Assembly: GCA_963934255.1 (NCBI GenBank)
Contig: CAWVXU010000006.1
Span: 1 to 61,280, forward strand
Length of the DNA: 61,280 nt
Origin: an uncultured Fibrobacterales bacterium
GTDB taxonomy: Bacteria > Fibrobacterota > Fibrobacteria > Fibrobacterales > CAWVXU01
Reading direction: 5' to 3'
Shown here: positions 1 through 9,512 of the stretch, in pieces
Position numbering within the stretch: the stretch's first letter is position 1
Layout of the letters: each line of letters starts with the position of its first letter
Position numbers and translations under genes: made by a program
Notes under the pieces: generated by a model
What the model saw: only the letters and a program-made list of their open reading frames with translations
The model's database searches: none
Told to the model about the DNA's origin: nothing

Positions 1-555
1 CGTTTATGACCCAAAATATTCCATGACGAACTACTCTTTGAAGTAGATAGGCAAATTTCCTGACCGGAAAGGGAGGAATCAGAAGTTTATTGGAGTCGCC
101 TCCAGACCCATTTAATTAAAAGCTAGTATCTCTTGTGATTTTGGATTTCGTCTACTTTTACTACAATCTACTTTGGAAGCACCCACAATAAAAACTACTT
201 GAAACAAAAGCACTCCGTATCAACTGGGTCAAGTTATTTAGTGTTCTTTGAATTAGTTTTCAAATCAGTTTGATTTAATTAGAGGTTATTATTTCATATT
301 TTGAAATATCATTTTAAAGGTGGATTCAATTTATTATAAGGATTAAATAGGAAAGTACAATATCATTGTATTTTCTTTTGATTTTTATGATCTCGAAAAC
401 TATGGAGTATTCTGATTTTAAAAAAAATCAGGTTGCTAAAGGTGAGCTGTCTAAGCAGATACACCCCATAGATTTTTGATTGTTTAAAGCCTATTAGGGT
501 CTAATTGTAAAAGTTGAACGAGTGTTTTATAATTAGAGAAGAAAAGTTTGAATAT

Positions 556-1914
556 TTATCGCTTTAATGGATATGTATGTAAATCTTGGTAAAATTGCCA
601 CCATTCAATTCCAGCGGCTCCTATACTATAATCTTCTGAACGGTCAAATGATTTGATTCGCATTGCTTCGTATAAACGAGGAGAACAACGCTTTGCACCC
701 TCAGCTTTTGAAATTGCATTTATCCACTCCTCTTTATTTTTCCAATCAACAATCCAACCAGTTAATTGATCTTTAACAATCATTTTTGGACCTCCACTAT
801 TACTAACTAATGCTGGTGTACCACTGGCTAAACTTTCAACAACAACATTTCCAAATGTATCTGTACCCGAGGGGAAAATAAAAAAATCAGCTTCTGCATA
901 CATTGTGCTAAGGTCCTGACCGTGTAATCCACCCGTAAAACTTACTTCGGGACAGCCGTCAAAGTTTTGTTTTAGCTCTGCAAGGTAGGGACCGTTCCCA
1001 ACGAAGCAAAGCTCAATATTATCTAATGTGGTGCGAGCTTCCTTCCAAATATCTTCTAAAAATGGTAGTTCTTTTTCTTTTGATATACGTCCTGCAAAAA
1101 GAAACCTTGTCGTTTTCGTCAAGTTGCTGCCACTTAGAGAAGCCCAGCGATTATTTTGGCGTTGCTTCGGTGAAAAGTCTGAAAGGTTAATACCGCGCCT
1201 TAATTGGACAATTTGATCATTACGAAGTTTCATTTCAATATTCATTTTAGTTTTGAAATCTTCGGAAGGCACTATCACAGGAGTGGTTAAACGACAGAAT
1301 GCTTTTGTGAAGAAATATACCCATGAATTAACAAGCTTACTTTTTACCAAAAGTTTTGTGTAGCCAAGTACATCTGTCCGGTAGTGCGATATGACTTTGA
1401 CACGGACAAATTTGCACATTAAGAGCACAAGCCATCCACCTAAGCCTGGAACTTCAAGCTCAACAATATCAACAGGGAACCTTTTGAAATAACGTAAGAG
1501 TAATTTCATCTTTGGTACGGCTAGTTCATTCTCATCATAGCCCGGCATTTCCATACTAAACCTTGACGGGAGTAAAAGAGTTCCATTTGACTCCCAAAAA
1601 CCACCATCTTTATCATGAAAAGCTGTCCCTATAAGATTGATTGTTTTTCCTTCTGACCTCAGGTGATTAACTAGTATACGGGAGTTTATTGCGATTCCAT
1701 TAATTTCATCGATATTGTCAGAAAAGATTACGACCCGTGGTGAGTCAGACTTTATATGAGTTTTGTAATGGGAGCGAAGTTTTATCAGTCTAGGGATATT
1801 TGTAACTAACTCTAGACTTAAATTTATCATCATCCTAAGACTGTTGATAAAATTAGCCTTTCTATGTTTAGAAAGGCGCGGATCACCAAATTTTTTTACA
1901 GGGCTTCTATCCAT
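556..1914 (-). CDS. GT4-family glycosyltransferase (group 1)
   Basis: GT-B motifs FAGRISKEK and FPSGTDTFGNVVVESLASGTP; AAGGAG RBS upstream. Confidence 0.9.
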   Translation of the reverse strand: MDRSPVKKFGDPRLSKHRKANFINSLRMMINLSLELVTNIPRLIKLRSHYKTHIKSDSPRVVIFSDNIDEINGIAINSRILVNHLRSEGKTINLIGTAFHDKDGGFWESNGTLLLPSRFSMEMPGYDENELAVPKMKLLLRYFKRFPVDIVELEVPGLGGWLVLLMCKFVRVKVISHYRTDVLGYTKLLVKSKLVNSWVYFFTKAFCRLTTPVIVPSEDFKTKMNIEMKLRNDQIVQLRRGINLSDFSPKQRQNNRWASLSGSNLTKTTRFLFAGRISKEKELPFLEDIWKEARTTLDNIELCFVGNGPYLAELKQNFDGCPEVSFTGGLHGQDLSTMYAEADFFIFPSGTDTFGNVVVESLASGTPALVSNSGGPKMIVKDQLTGWIVDWKNKEEWINAISKAEGAKRCSPRLYEAMRIKSFDRSEDYSIGAAGIEWWQFYQDLHTYPLKR

Positions 1915-1971
1915 TTTATGCTCCTTCTCAAATGTAAATGTAGCAAACTGAATGACCTTAGTTAGATTTGT

Positions 1972-2835
1972 ATGATGGAAAATTTCAATGAAAATCGAGG
2001 GTACTATTGGCTAATGGTATGTCTGACACCTATTGGTGGATTAAGTTTCCCGATTGTCAGATTTCTTTTAACAGTACTAGCACCATTCGAGTTACTTTCT
2101 TACCGATTAGGCTTGGGGGCAATCGCATTAATACTACTTTCTCCGAAGTCGTTCTTTACGGCAACTAACCTTGAAATTAAAGGCGGTTTAGTATCTGGAT
2201 TATTCTTTGGGTCGGCAATGGGGCTACTTGTTTATGGGATGCAGACGACAGGAGGGGGACAAGCCGCTTTTATTCTATCAACTCAAGTGGTAATGGTCCC
2301 TATTTTACGTCGATTAATTTGGAAGGAAAAGTTTGAAAATAAATTTAAAATTGCGATTGGAATTTGCTTTGTTGGTTTAGTTATATTAACTTTTCGCCCT
2401 GATGTCGGGTTTAGGCTAGCAGATGGCTTTATTTTCCTTGCAGCCTTCTGTGTAGCGCTTTTTTCCATTTCAAATTCCCATTTTAATTCAAAGCCTAATG
2501 TGCGAACTCTACCAATGGGGATTTGGCAAATCTTTAGTGCTGGTTCGGGGATGTTTATTCTAGCAAATGTTACAGGTAACCCATCATGGAAAATTCCAAA
2601 TGATATGTGGTTTGCTTTGATATTTCTAATTCTTATATCTACTTCGTTTAGGTACATTGTACAATTAAAGCTTCAATCAAAATTGTCAGCCACAATTACA
2701 GGCCTCATTTTTACATTAGAACCGGTATGGGCCACATTATTTTCATTTATTTGGTTAAAAGAATCAATGTCTTTGTATGAATTTTTGGGTTCATTAATTA
2801 TTTTTATAGGGCTGTTTGCTGCTAAAAGTAGATAA
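1972..2835 (+). CDS. DMT/EamA-family transporter
   Basis: About 10 hydrophobic segments in two repeats; LEPVWATLFSFIWLKE motif. Confidence 0.85.
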   Translation: MMENFNENRGYYWLMVCLTPIGGLSFPIVRFLLTVLAPFELLSYRLGLGAIALILLSPKSFFTATNLEIKGGLVSGLFFGSAMGLLVYGMQTTGGGQAAFILSTQVVMVPILRRLIWKEKFENKFKIAIGICFVGLVILTFRPDVGFRLADGFIFLAAFCVALFSISNSHFNSKPNVRTLPMGIWQIFSAGSGMFILANVTGNPSWKIPNDMWFALIFLILISTSFRYIVQLKLQSKLSATITGLIFTLEPVWATLFSFIWLKESMSLYEFLGSLIIFIGLFAAKSR

Positions 2836-2858
2836 CAAAAATTACGCACTCTTTAAGA

Positions 2859-3380
2859 GTGGAAAGCGAAAATATTATGGTACGTACAGAAATAGGATTC
2901 GACGCAGTATTAACTAAAATTGGATCAAAATTCAAACCAGAAATTGATGATGTAGTTATTGAGTTCGTTATTCGTTTTGTTGATAAGCATGATGTACAAA
3001 GTTTTTTAGATTCTTATCAAAAAAAATGTTCGTTAGAAAATGTTGCAAATTTATTTAACGAACCTGTTCAATGGAAATCAATCGCCATAGATGCTAACTA
3101 CCGCTTTAACTTAGATTTTGATGAACTTAACGATATGACTTGTATTCTTAAGACCATCAAAGTTAGGCGCAAATATAGTGCTAAAGATTTATCTGATGTT
3201 TTTACTTATGATTTAGTATTTGAAAAAAACGTCGAAGATGGTGAGCAAGATTGGACATTTACTTCTTATCTTAACCGAAAAGAAGAAGACGAGGATGGTA
3301 AGAAGACCTTAATGTCTTATCGTGTGCATCTTGATGCTATAGAAAGTGTAGAAGACTATTTAGCACCAGAGGAAGACTAA
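2859..3380 (+). CDS. Hypothetical acidic protein
   Basis: 173-aa ORF, co-directional with neighbours; no family recognised. Confidence 0.65.
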   Translation: MESENIMVRTEIGFDAVLTKIGSKFKPEIDDVVIEFVIRFVDKHDVQSFLDSYQKKCSLENVANLFNEPVQWKSIAIDANYRFNLDFDELNDMTCILKTIKVRRKYSAKDLSDVFTYDLVFEKNVEDGEQDWTFTSYLNRKEEDEDGKKTLMSYRVHLDAIESVEDYLAPEED

Positions 3381-3449
3381 AATTTAAAATTAAGCTTTAA
3401 ATTATTTTGATGAGTATCCAAGTTCAATAGCATAGTTAAGGAATATTTA

Positions 3450-3824
3450 ATGAAAAAATTAATAATTATTTGTCCATCATGCTCTAGTAAAGCCGATTTA
3501 TCAATTGAGGCTGAAGCTGAAATGGTATTATTAAATTGTTTTCAATGTAAAACACCAATATTGTACTTTCATGGCGAAACTACTCAAGTAGATGAAGTTG
3601 AAATGGGTAAATTTCAAGAAGAATCAATGAAGGCGATACAAGGTTTTCTAAAGATACACCACAACAAACCATTAATTGGTAAGAATACAAGATTAATAAA
3701 AAACCATTTACACCCCTTAGGTACTCCCAGTCTAAATGGTGTAGTTTCTACAGATGATATTTCCAATTTGAAAATAGATCTTCATTATTGTGAAGATGTG
3801 TTAGACACAATCAAAAGGTTATAA
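3450..3824 (+). CDS. Hypothetical protein with N-terminal zinc ribbon
   Basis: CPSC...CFQC pair; AAGGA RBS; stop abuts the next ATG. Confidence 0.7.
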   Translation: MKKLIIICPSCSSKADLSIEAEAEMVLLNCFQCKTPILYFHGETTQVDEVEMGKFQEESMKAIQGFLKIHHNKPLIGKNTRLIKNHLHPLGTPSLNGVVSTDDISNLKIDLHYCEDVLDTIKRL

Positions 3825-5153
3825 ATGAGTCACTCTATAAACAATGTCATTCGCCTAGCTTTTCAATTTTGTCTTATTTGCTTGTTTGTTGGATGCCAAA
3901 CTAAGGACATTCAACCAGCAGCCATTCATGATACCCCTGTTGTCCAATCAAGTACTAAAGCTCCTGTAAAGGTGATTTCTAAATGGATAAGCGCTCAAGT
4001 TGAACCTAACGATGGATTATTTCAAGTGTTAGAAAAACTTAATGTTAAACAGGTACAAGCCATGGAATTGATCAATCGGCTGCGGTTTGAAGTTGATATG
4101 ACGACGTTAAAGGTAGGTCAAACAATTTCAGTCTTGTGGGGAGACGATTCATTGAAAGTTGAAGAATTAAAGTTTGAACCTAACCAGATTACGACACACC
4201 ATATTAAATGGCAACCTGATTCAAGTAATTATTCGCTTGAGACAATCGAAAAACCAACAACTAAAAAGTATCGGTTTGTTCATGGAGTACTTAAATCTGG
4301 ATCTACAGTAGATCAAATACTTTATGCTAATGATATTCCTAGTTATTTAGTTCAAACAATTAATGGCGTTTTACTTTGCAAAATTTCTTTTAGATCAGAG
4401 GCCCAGCCTGGGGACAAGTTCAGTGCATTATTAGAAGAAGATTATTTTGACGGAAAAGTCGTTCGGGGTAATGTTCTATATACTTCCTACGAAGGTAGAG
4501 TAACGGGTTTTCATGAAGCTTTTCGCTACCAGGACCCAAAGGATGATAAGTCATCTTTTAATGCTCATTATACACCAGAAGGTGAAGCATTAATTGCTTC
4601 GGGTTTAAGGTATCCCGTTGATAGACTTCATATTTCTTCGAATTATGGAATGAGAAGGCATCCTGTAACAGGTAAAAGAAGGATGCATTCGGGTGTTGAT
4701 TATGCGGCGCCTACAGGTTCTCGAGTATATTCTGTTGCTCCAGGTAGGGTTGTAGTTTCGAGTTATGATCAATATTCAGGTAACAAAGTGGCAATTAGGC
4801 ATGCAGATAAAAGTACGAGTTATTATTTGCATTTGAATAAAAGATTAGTTCGAATTGGACAGGATGTTATTTCGAGACAATTGATTGGACGGGTAGGGGC
4901 TACCGGAAGAGTGACAGGTCCACATTTGCACTTTGGATTTAAGAAACCCAGCGGACAATGGATGAACCCTGCGAGAAAAAAGATGATTGCAACGCCTCGA
5001 TTAGAAGGCGACCGCTTAGTTGACTTAAAGGGACAGATTGCACATATTAAAGAGCAAAGAGAAAAGGCTCCTGCTGTTCAAGCTGAGCACCCTCTCCCAC
5101 CTTGGCCTGAGGATGTTCCCTTTCTATGGTTAGAAAAAGAGAAAACAATTTAA
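3825..5153 (+). CDS. M23-family peptidoglycan DD-endopeptidase (MepM/ShyA-like), probable lipoprotein
   Basis: HSGVD (HxxxD) and GPHLHF (HxH) motifs; lipobox-like FVGC. Confidence 0.9.
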   Translation: MSHSINNVIRLAFQFCLICLFVGCQTKDIQPAAIHDTPVVQSSTKAPVKVISKWISAQVEPNDGLFQVLEKLNVKQVQAMELINRLRFEVDMTTLKVGQTISVLWGDDSLKVEELKFEPNQITTHHIKWQPDSSNYSLETIEKPTTKKYRFVHGVLKSGSTVDQILYANDIPSYLVQTINGVLLCKISFRSEAQPGDKFSALLEEDYFDGKVVRGNVLYTSYEGRVTGFHEAFRYQDPKDDKSSFNAHYTPEGEALIASGLRYPVDRLHISSNYGMRRHPVTGKRRMHSGVDYAAPTGSRVYSVAPGRVVVSSYDQYSGNKVAIRHADKSTSYYLHLNKRLVRIGQDVISRQLIGRVGATGRVTGPHLHFGFKKPSGQWMNPARKKMIATPRLEGDRLVDLKGQIAHIKEQREKAPAVQAEHPLPPWPEDVPFLWLEKEKTI

Positions 5154-5174
5154 GTTCACAAACAATCCAGATGA

Positions 5175-5834
5175 TTAAAAAGGGCTCGCTTCAATTCTTC
5201 GATTTTGCTCTCTGCCGCTCGGTGTTTTGTTTGACGCTTTTGGACGAGATTCGCCATACCCTTTTGCTTTGAGCCTACTTGGACTAACTCCTTTAGACAC
5301 TAAATAGTTGACTACTGATTTAGCGCGATTTTCACTTAGAATCAGATTACTTTTGTTTGAACCTACATTATCTGTATGGCCAGAGATTAAAAATTTGTAT
5401 TGAGGGTTGGCCAGCATTCCTTGAATCATCGCATCCAGAGCATCAAAAGAACCCTCTAACAAGTCATATTCCCCAGGGTCAAAAAAAACATTTACAATCT
5501 CCATCTCATCGTTATTAAACATAACATCCCATCTCCCACCACTCACATTGATGGGAATGTTAATCTGTCCGACTTCGTTCAAGCCAGTGATTGACTTAAC
5601 GAATATCAGCATTTCAGTGGATTTAGGTAGGCTTAACCTTGCTTGGCCCATGTCATTTGTCACAACTGAAAACAAATCCCCTTTGACTGTTTTAAAAACA
5701 ATCGTACTTTTGGGTAGAGGTGCCTTTCCGTCTTTAGTGGCATTGATATCTATAATAGCCCGAGTAGTGCTTGAATTCATTTCTTGAGCCCACAACCCTA
5801 AGTTAAGGCAACAAATGATGAGTATCCATTTCAT
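5175..5834 (-). CDS. OmpA-family peptidoglycan-binding protein
   Basis: GHTDNVG...NLILSENRA...GYGESRP...NRRIE motifs; signal peptide; GGAG RBS. Confidence 0.9.
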   Translation of the reverse strand: MKWILIICCLNLGLWAQEMNSSTTRAIIDINATKDGKAPLPKSTIVFKTVKGDLFSVVTNDMGQARLSLPKSTEMLIFVKSITGLNEVGQINIPINVSGGRWDVMFNNDEMEIVNVFFDPGEYDLLEGSFDALDAMIQGMLANPQYKFLISGHTDNVGSNKSNLILSENRAKSVVNYLVSKGVSPSRLKAKGYGESRPKASNKTPSGREQNRRIEASPF

Positions 5835-5963
5835 AAAAGACTCCTTTTTTTGTATTAAATTTATTCTAATTTACAGAAATAGATTCAATTGTGTATCGAA
5901 TTAATTTTCTGATGACAATTCTTCTAAAGTTACACGTCTAAATGGGTACTTGGAGGTAAATAA

Positions 5964-6341
5964 ATGTTCAAATACATATTCATAGCAATTTTCATTATCG
6001 CATGCGAAGATAATGGAGAAACTGAAATAGAGATTCTTTTAAAGGAAGAGAGTTCAAAACAAGATTCAATTCAAAACATTCTAAATTCTATCAATAAACG
6101 AGAAGAAGCTCAAAAAAACTTACTGAAGAATGTTGCTAAAATTTGTCACTTGCAATTAATTGAGTTGGAGAATGGCCATGTTGAAGATTCATTGAGGTTA
6201 GCTGAATTTACTGTAAAAATGAAACTCATGTATCCCGATACGGATAGGCAAGTACTCAGGAGAGTGGCGATGAACATTGAATCTTGTGAAGAGTATAGAG
6301 TAAAAGCTGCAAATAAACGAAAAAACACAAAGAAAAGATAA
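5964..6341 (+). CDS. Small lipoprotein (C-x46-C paralog 1)
   Basis: Lipobox IIAC; GGAGG RBS. Confidence 0.75.
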   Translation: MFKYIFIAIFIIACEDNGETEIEILLKEESSKQDSIQNILNSINKREEAQKNLLKNVAKICHLQLIELENGHVEDSLRLAEFTVKMKLMYPDTDRQVLRRVAMNIESCEEYRVKAANKRKNTKKR

Positions 6342-6434
6342 ATTTTGAGACATGAAATGCTTTAATTTTATTAGATTTCGGAGTTCAATAAGAATTACCA
6401 TCCTCATGAATGAAGGAAAAAGGAAAGTACTCAG

Positions 6435-6842
6435 ATGAAAAAAATTACACTTGCATTAGCACTTACTGCATCTATAGCTCTTATGGCTTGTGGCGAAGAA
6501 AAAACAGCTGAACCAGCACAAGCACCTGCAGCACCTGCAGCTGTTAAAAGTGACGAAGCTAAAGCTGAAAATAATAAAGTTATCAAAAACGCTGTTCGCA
6601 AGCGTTGTCAGCTAAAATTAAAAGCTAAAAACCAAGGAACTCCAGAAGCACAAGCTGAAGCTGACGCTTTCGTAGCAAAATTTGCTGAGAAATTTGCAAA
6701 AACTCCACAAGAAAAAATCAAAGCTCTTAAAGCTGAAATTGGTGCTTGTAAAAAACTTATGGGCGATACAGCTCAAGCAGCTCCTGCTGCAGAAGCAAAA
6801 GCTGCTGCACCTGCTGCACCTGCTGCACCTGCTGCAAAATAA
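6435..6842 (+). CDS. Small Ala/Lys-rich lipoprotein (C-x46-C paralog 2)
   Basis: Lipobox LMAC; AAGGA RBS; AAP repeats at C-terminus; followed by a terminator. Confidence 0.8.
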   Translation: MKKITLALALTASIALMACGEEKTAEPAQAPAAPAAVKSDEAKAENNKVIKNAVRKRCQLKLKAKNQGTPEAQAEADAFVAKFAEKFAKTPQEKIKALKAEIGACKKLMGDTAQAAPAAEAKAAAPAAPAAPAAK

Positions 6843-6875
6843 TTTATTGGTCTAATTAGATCACATAAGTGTATG

Positions 6876-6905
6876 AAAGCTCATCTTTTTAGATGAGCTT
6901 TTTTT
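6876..6905 (+). terminator. Intrinsic terminator
   Basis: AAAGCTCATCT-TTTT-AGATGAGCTTT followed by a T-run. Confidence 0.8.
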
Positions 6906-6916
6906 ATTTTCTAAGA

Positions 6917-7243
6917 ATGAAAAATATATTATTAATAATTTCGGCTCTCATGTTTATCGCTTGCTTCTCAGAAGAATCTAAAAATTATCAATCAGTAAGA
7001 ACGAAGTTAAGCTTAATTTGCAATCAGGAGTTAAGTAAACAAGCTTCCATCACTGATAGCTCTCTTTTACAGCTGATTATTATGAAAAAGGAGTTAGATA
7101 GCTTATCTGTTCCTCTTTCGCTTAACGAATTGAGGACTCAAATGGCTCGTGTCTCATCTTGTATTGACTTATTTAAGGCTAGACAGAAAAATCCACGACC
7201 TGTAAAAAAACGGGAGCTCTATAATTTGGATTCATTAAAATGA
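6917..7243 (+). CDS. Small lipoprotein (C-x46-C paralog 3)
   Basis: Start moved to MKNILL at 6917 because the track start (6893) lies inside the terminator; lipobox FIAC. Confidence 0.7.
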   Translation: MKNILLIISALMFIACFSEESKNYQSVRTKLSLICNQELSKQASITDSSLLQLIIMKKELDSLSVPLSLNELRTQMARVSSCIDLFKARQKNPRPVKKRELYNLDSLK

Positions 7244-7737
7244 AAACCATTATTTGGATGACATTCTTTACGTCGGTTACTTTTTGTTTTGCTTTTGCTA
7301 ATGAAGTTAAATATTTCAGGAAGTCTTTACTGGAACTTAAGCCACTAGCTATGAATATTTCACCTGACACGCTTTTTATTCAGAAAATTGAATACGGGTC
7401 ACAATATGATTATTTTTGGCCAGCTAAGAATTTCTCAATGGAACTTCCTGAATTTTTTGCAATAACTTCCTTTCCTAAAAAAGTCTTTAAAAGTGAGTCA
7501 GCGGCTATACTTACTCTAGAATATTTACAGGGTGTTTCACTTGAAAGTCAAGGGTATCAAAAATCTCAACCCATACCTGCCCCGACTATAAAAAATTGTA
7601 ATCACCATGAAGTCATTCACATTCAAACTAAAGTGAGGGCATATACTCTTGCTTGTATTGGTGATGAGAAAGCTTTTCTGATACTAAGCTCCTTTCCTAT
7701 GGCAATTCCTTGGATTTCAAGCTTGTACCGGCGTTAA
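7240..7737 (+). CDS. Hypothetical exported protein
   Basis: Signal peptide ending AFA; ATGA overlap with the previous gene. Confidence 0.6.
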   Translation: MKTIIWMTFFTSVTFCFAFANEVKYFRKSLLELKPLAMNISPDTLFIQKIEYGSQYDYFWPAKNFSMELPEFFAITSFPKKVFKSESAAILTLEYLQGVSLESQGYQKSQPIPAPTIKNCNHHEVIHIQTKVRAYTLACIGDEKAFLILSSFPMAIPWISSLYRR

Positions 7738-8173
7738 TGATGATAAAATGAAAAGAGTGTTTTTATATTTATTATGGGAGAAGATTAATGTATGCTCCCG
7801 GATAGAGAGCACTTAGTGTTGTTTAATGAGCTTCTTTTATTGTGATATTTTGGGATATTAATAGTAAGCAAGTGCGATGTGAAGAGAAGTTCCTTGTTGA
7901 CATTCAAAGTAGCTGAAATGGCTATAGTGTTGTAAGTAAGGTTAGACTTCAGCTTGTGAAGTCTAATCATGAAGTTAATTTGTAGTATAATTAAAGAATT
8001 GACCGCACAGATGGGCTTAGTACGAGGGTCGTAAACCAACAAAAGGGTCAAGTAATTTTTGGTGAAGGGGGTTATCTTTGAAGCTAATACTCCGAGAATC
8101 AGAAAAGCAGTAAATTTTAAATTCAATAAAGTTGACCTAGGTTAACGATTTACAATTCAAAAAGGAATCAAAA

Positions 8174-8857
8174 ATGAAATATTTAATGAGTGTATTACTT
8201 GTAATGTGTCTAATGGGTGGAACTGTTTATGCTGAGGAAATGAAGCCTTGGGAAAAGAGGCGGGCCGCTAAAAAGAAAAATGAAGCTAAAAAAGAAGCTC
8301 AAAGGCAGAGAGCGAAAGATAAAGAGGCTCGTGAAGTTGGCGCAATTAAAAAAAGAGATCAAGATATTATGCAAAATCGTATTGAATCTAAAGATTTTGA
8401 TTTTGTCTCTATTGGGCCTGCTTGGTTTATATCACCGGATTATGCTCCAAATGATCCAGCGTTTAATATTGGTGGAGGTCGCCTTTGGGAGGTCACTCCC
8501 AATGCCGCAGTTAAGTTCGGAATGAATGCTATAACTGATTTAGGTCTCGACGCATTTCTATTTACTACGGGACTTGGCGCGAATTATTACCTTAATGCTT
8601 CCAATTTTTCGCCATTTCTAGGTGCTGACATGGGGCTTGGTTTTGGCGGCGCGAAGCATAAAGATCCAATTGCTGAACATGATGAATATTTCTTCGGATT
8701 TACAATGGGGATTAGTGGTGGACTTGTTCTATTTAGAACATCTACTACACATCTTATAATTGAGCCTAATATGCAGTGGTTACTTCGTGGTTCATACCCG
8801 TCAACTGTCGGTATCAAACTTTCAATTGCTAATTCAGGAATGTTTGGTGGATTCTAG
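8174..8857 (+). CDS. Small outer-membrane beta-barrel protein
   Basis: Signal peptide, charged helical N-terminus, amphipathic strands (SPFLGADMGLG), C-terminal Phe. Confidence 0.7.
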   Translation: MKYLMSVLLVMCLMGGTVYAEEMKPWEKRRAAKKKNEAKKEAQRQRAKDKEAREVGAIKKRDQDIMQNRIESKDFDFVSIGPAWFISPDYAPNDPAFNIGGGRLWEVTPNAAVKFGMNAITDLGLDAFLFTTGLGANYYLNASNFSPFLGADMGLGFGGAKHKDPIAEHDEYFFGFTMGISGGLVLFRTSTTHLIIEPNMQWLLRGSYPSTVGIKLSIANSGMFGGF

Positions 8858-8896
8858 GGTTGAGACTGTAAAAGTCAATTAATCACCTGGCACTTT

Positions 8897-8926
8897 AAAA
8901 AACCACTCAAACGAGTGGTTTTTTTT
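8897..8926. terminator. Bidirectional intrinsic terminator
   Basis: AAAAAACCACTC-AAAC-GAGTGGTTTTTTTT between convergent genes. Confidence 0.85.
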
Positions 8927-9065
8927 GTGATTCTGAAATTATTCAAAAAACTCAACTCAGAATAGCCATAGTTTTTGAATAAGAAGTGGATATTAAAAAA
9001 TCAAATAATAATTTCCTTATTTGAGTTGAGTTTTTAAAATACATCGAGACTCCGGGAGTATAGAT

Positions 9066-9404
9066 TTATTTTTTCTCTTTAGAAGCCTTGTGTTTGTCAA
9101 TACCATCTTGGTTAACACATGATACAGCACCACCACAAGTGTTTTGGCCTTGACAGCTATGCTCAGAGCCATCAGGGTTAAGTCCTGCACAAGCGTTGTT
9201 ACCATGGCAACTAGGCGCTATTTGAGCTATCTTGCCTTCAGCTTCACAATCTGATTTGTATTGGGCTGTTTTGTCTTGAGCAGCTTTAATGGCACTTGCA
9301 GATACGTGTTTTCTTTGCGGAGACTCTTCTCCACAAGCACCTAAAGCTAAAGCCCCGGTAAGAAGCCCCTGAATGGCTAGTTTTTGTAAGATATTTTTTT
9401 TCAT
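9066..9404 (-). CDS. Cys-rich lipoprotein with two CxGxNxCxG motifs (bufferin BufA2-like)
   Basis: Lipobox LGAC; CHGNNACAG and CQGQNTCGG; AAGGA RBS. Confidence 0.7.
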   Translation of the reverse strand: MKKNILQKLAIQGLLTGALALGACGEESPQRKHVSASAIKAAQDKTAQYKSDCEAEGKIAQIAPSCHGNNACAGLNPDGSEHSCQGQNTCGGAVSCVNQDGIDKHKASKEKK

Positions 9405-9512
9405 AGTAGTTCCTTCGAATCTAATAAATATAATTTTTATTCTCTAGTTGTAATTATCTTCTCTCTATTAAGGCGCTGTAAAAAAGCTAATTTGTGGTTA
9501 TAGGAGGATGTT

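Noticed and set aside
1..63. Frame +1 peptide HDELLFEV resembling DNA polymerase I motif C
   Set aside because: It is flanked by stops within about 20 codons and sits at the window edge, so it cannot be supported without upstream sequence.
7785..8126. 113-aa minus-strand ORF, or a riboswitch in the 7740-8170 gap
   Set aside because: No RBS or recognisable protein features; the hairpins lack the conserved c-di-GMP-I (GGCAAA...GCAAAGCC) or other riboswitch cores I recognise.
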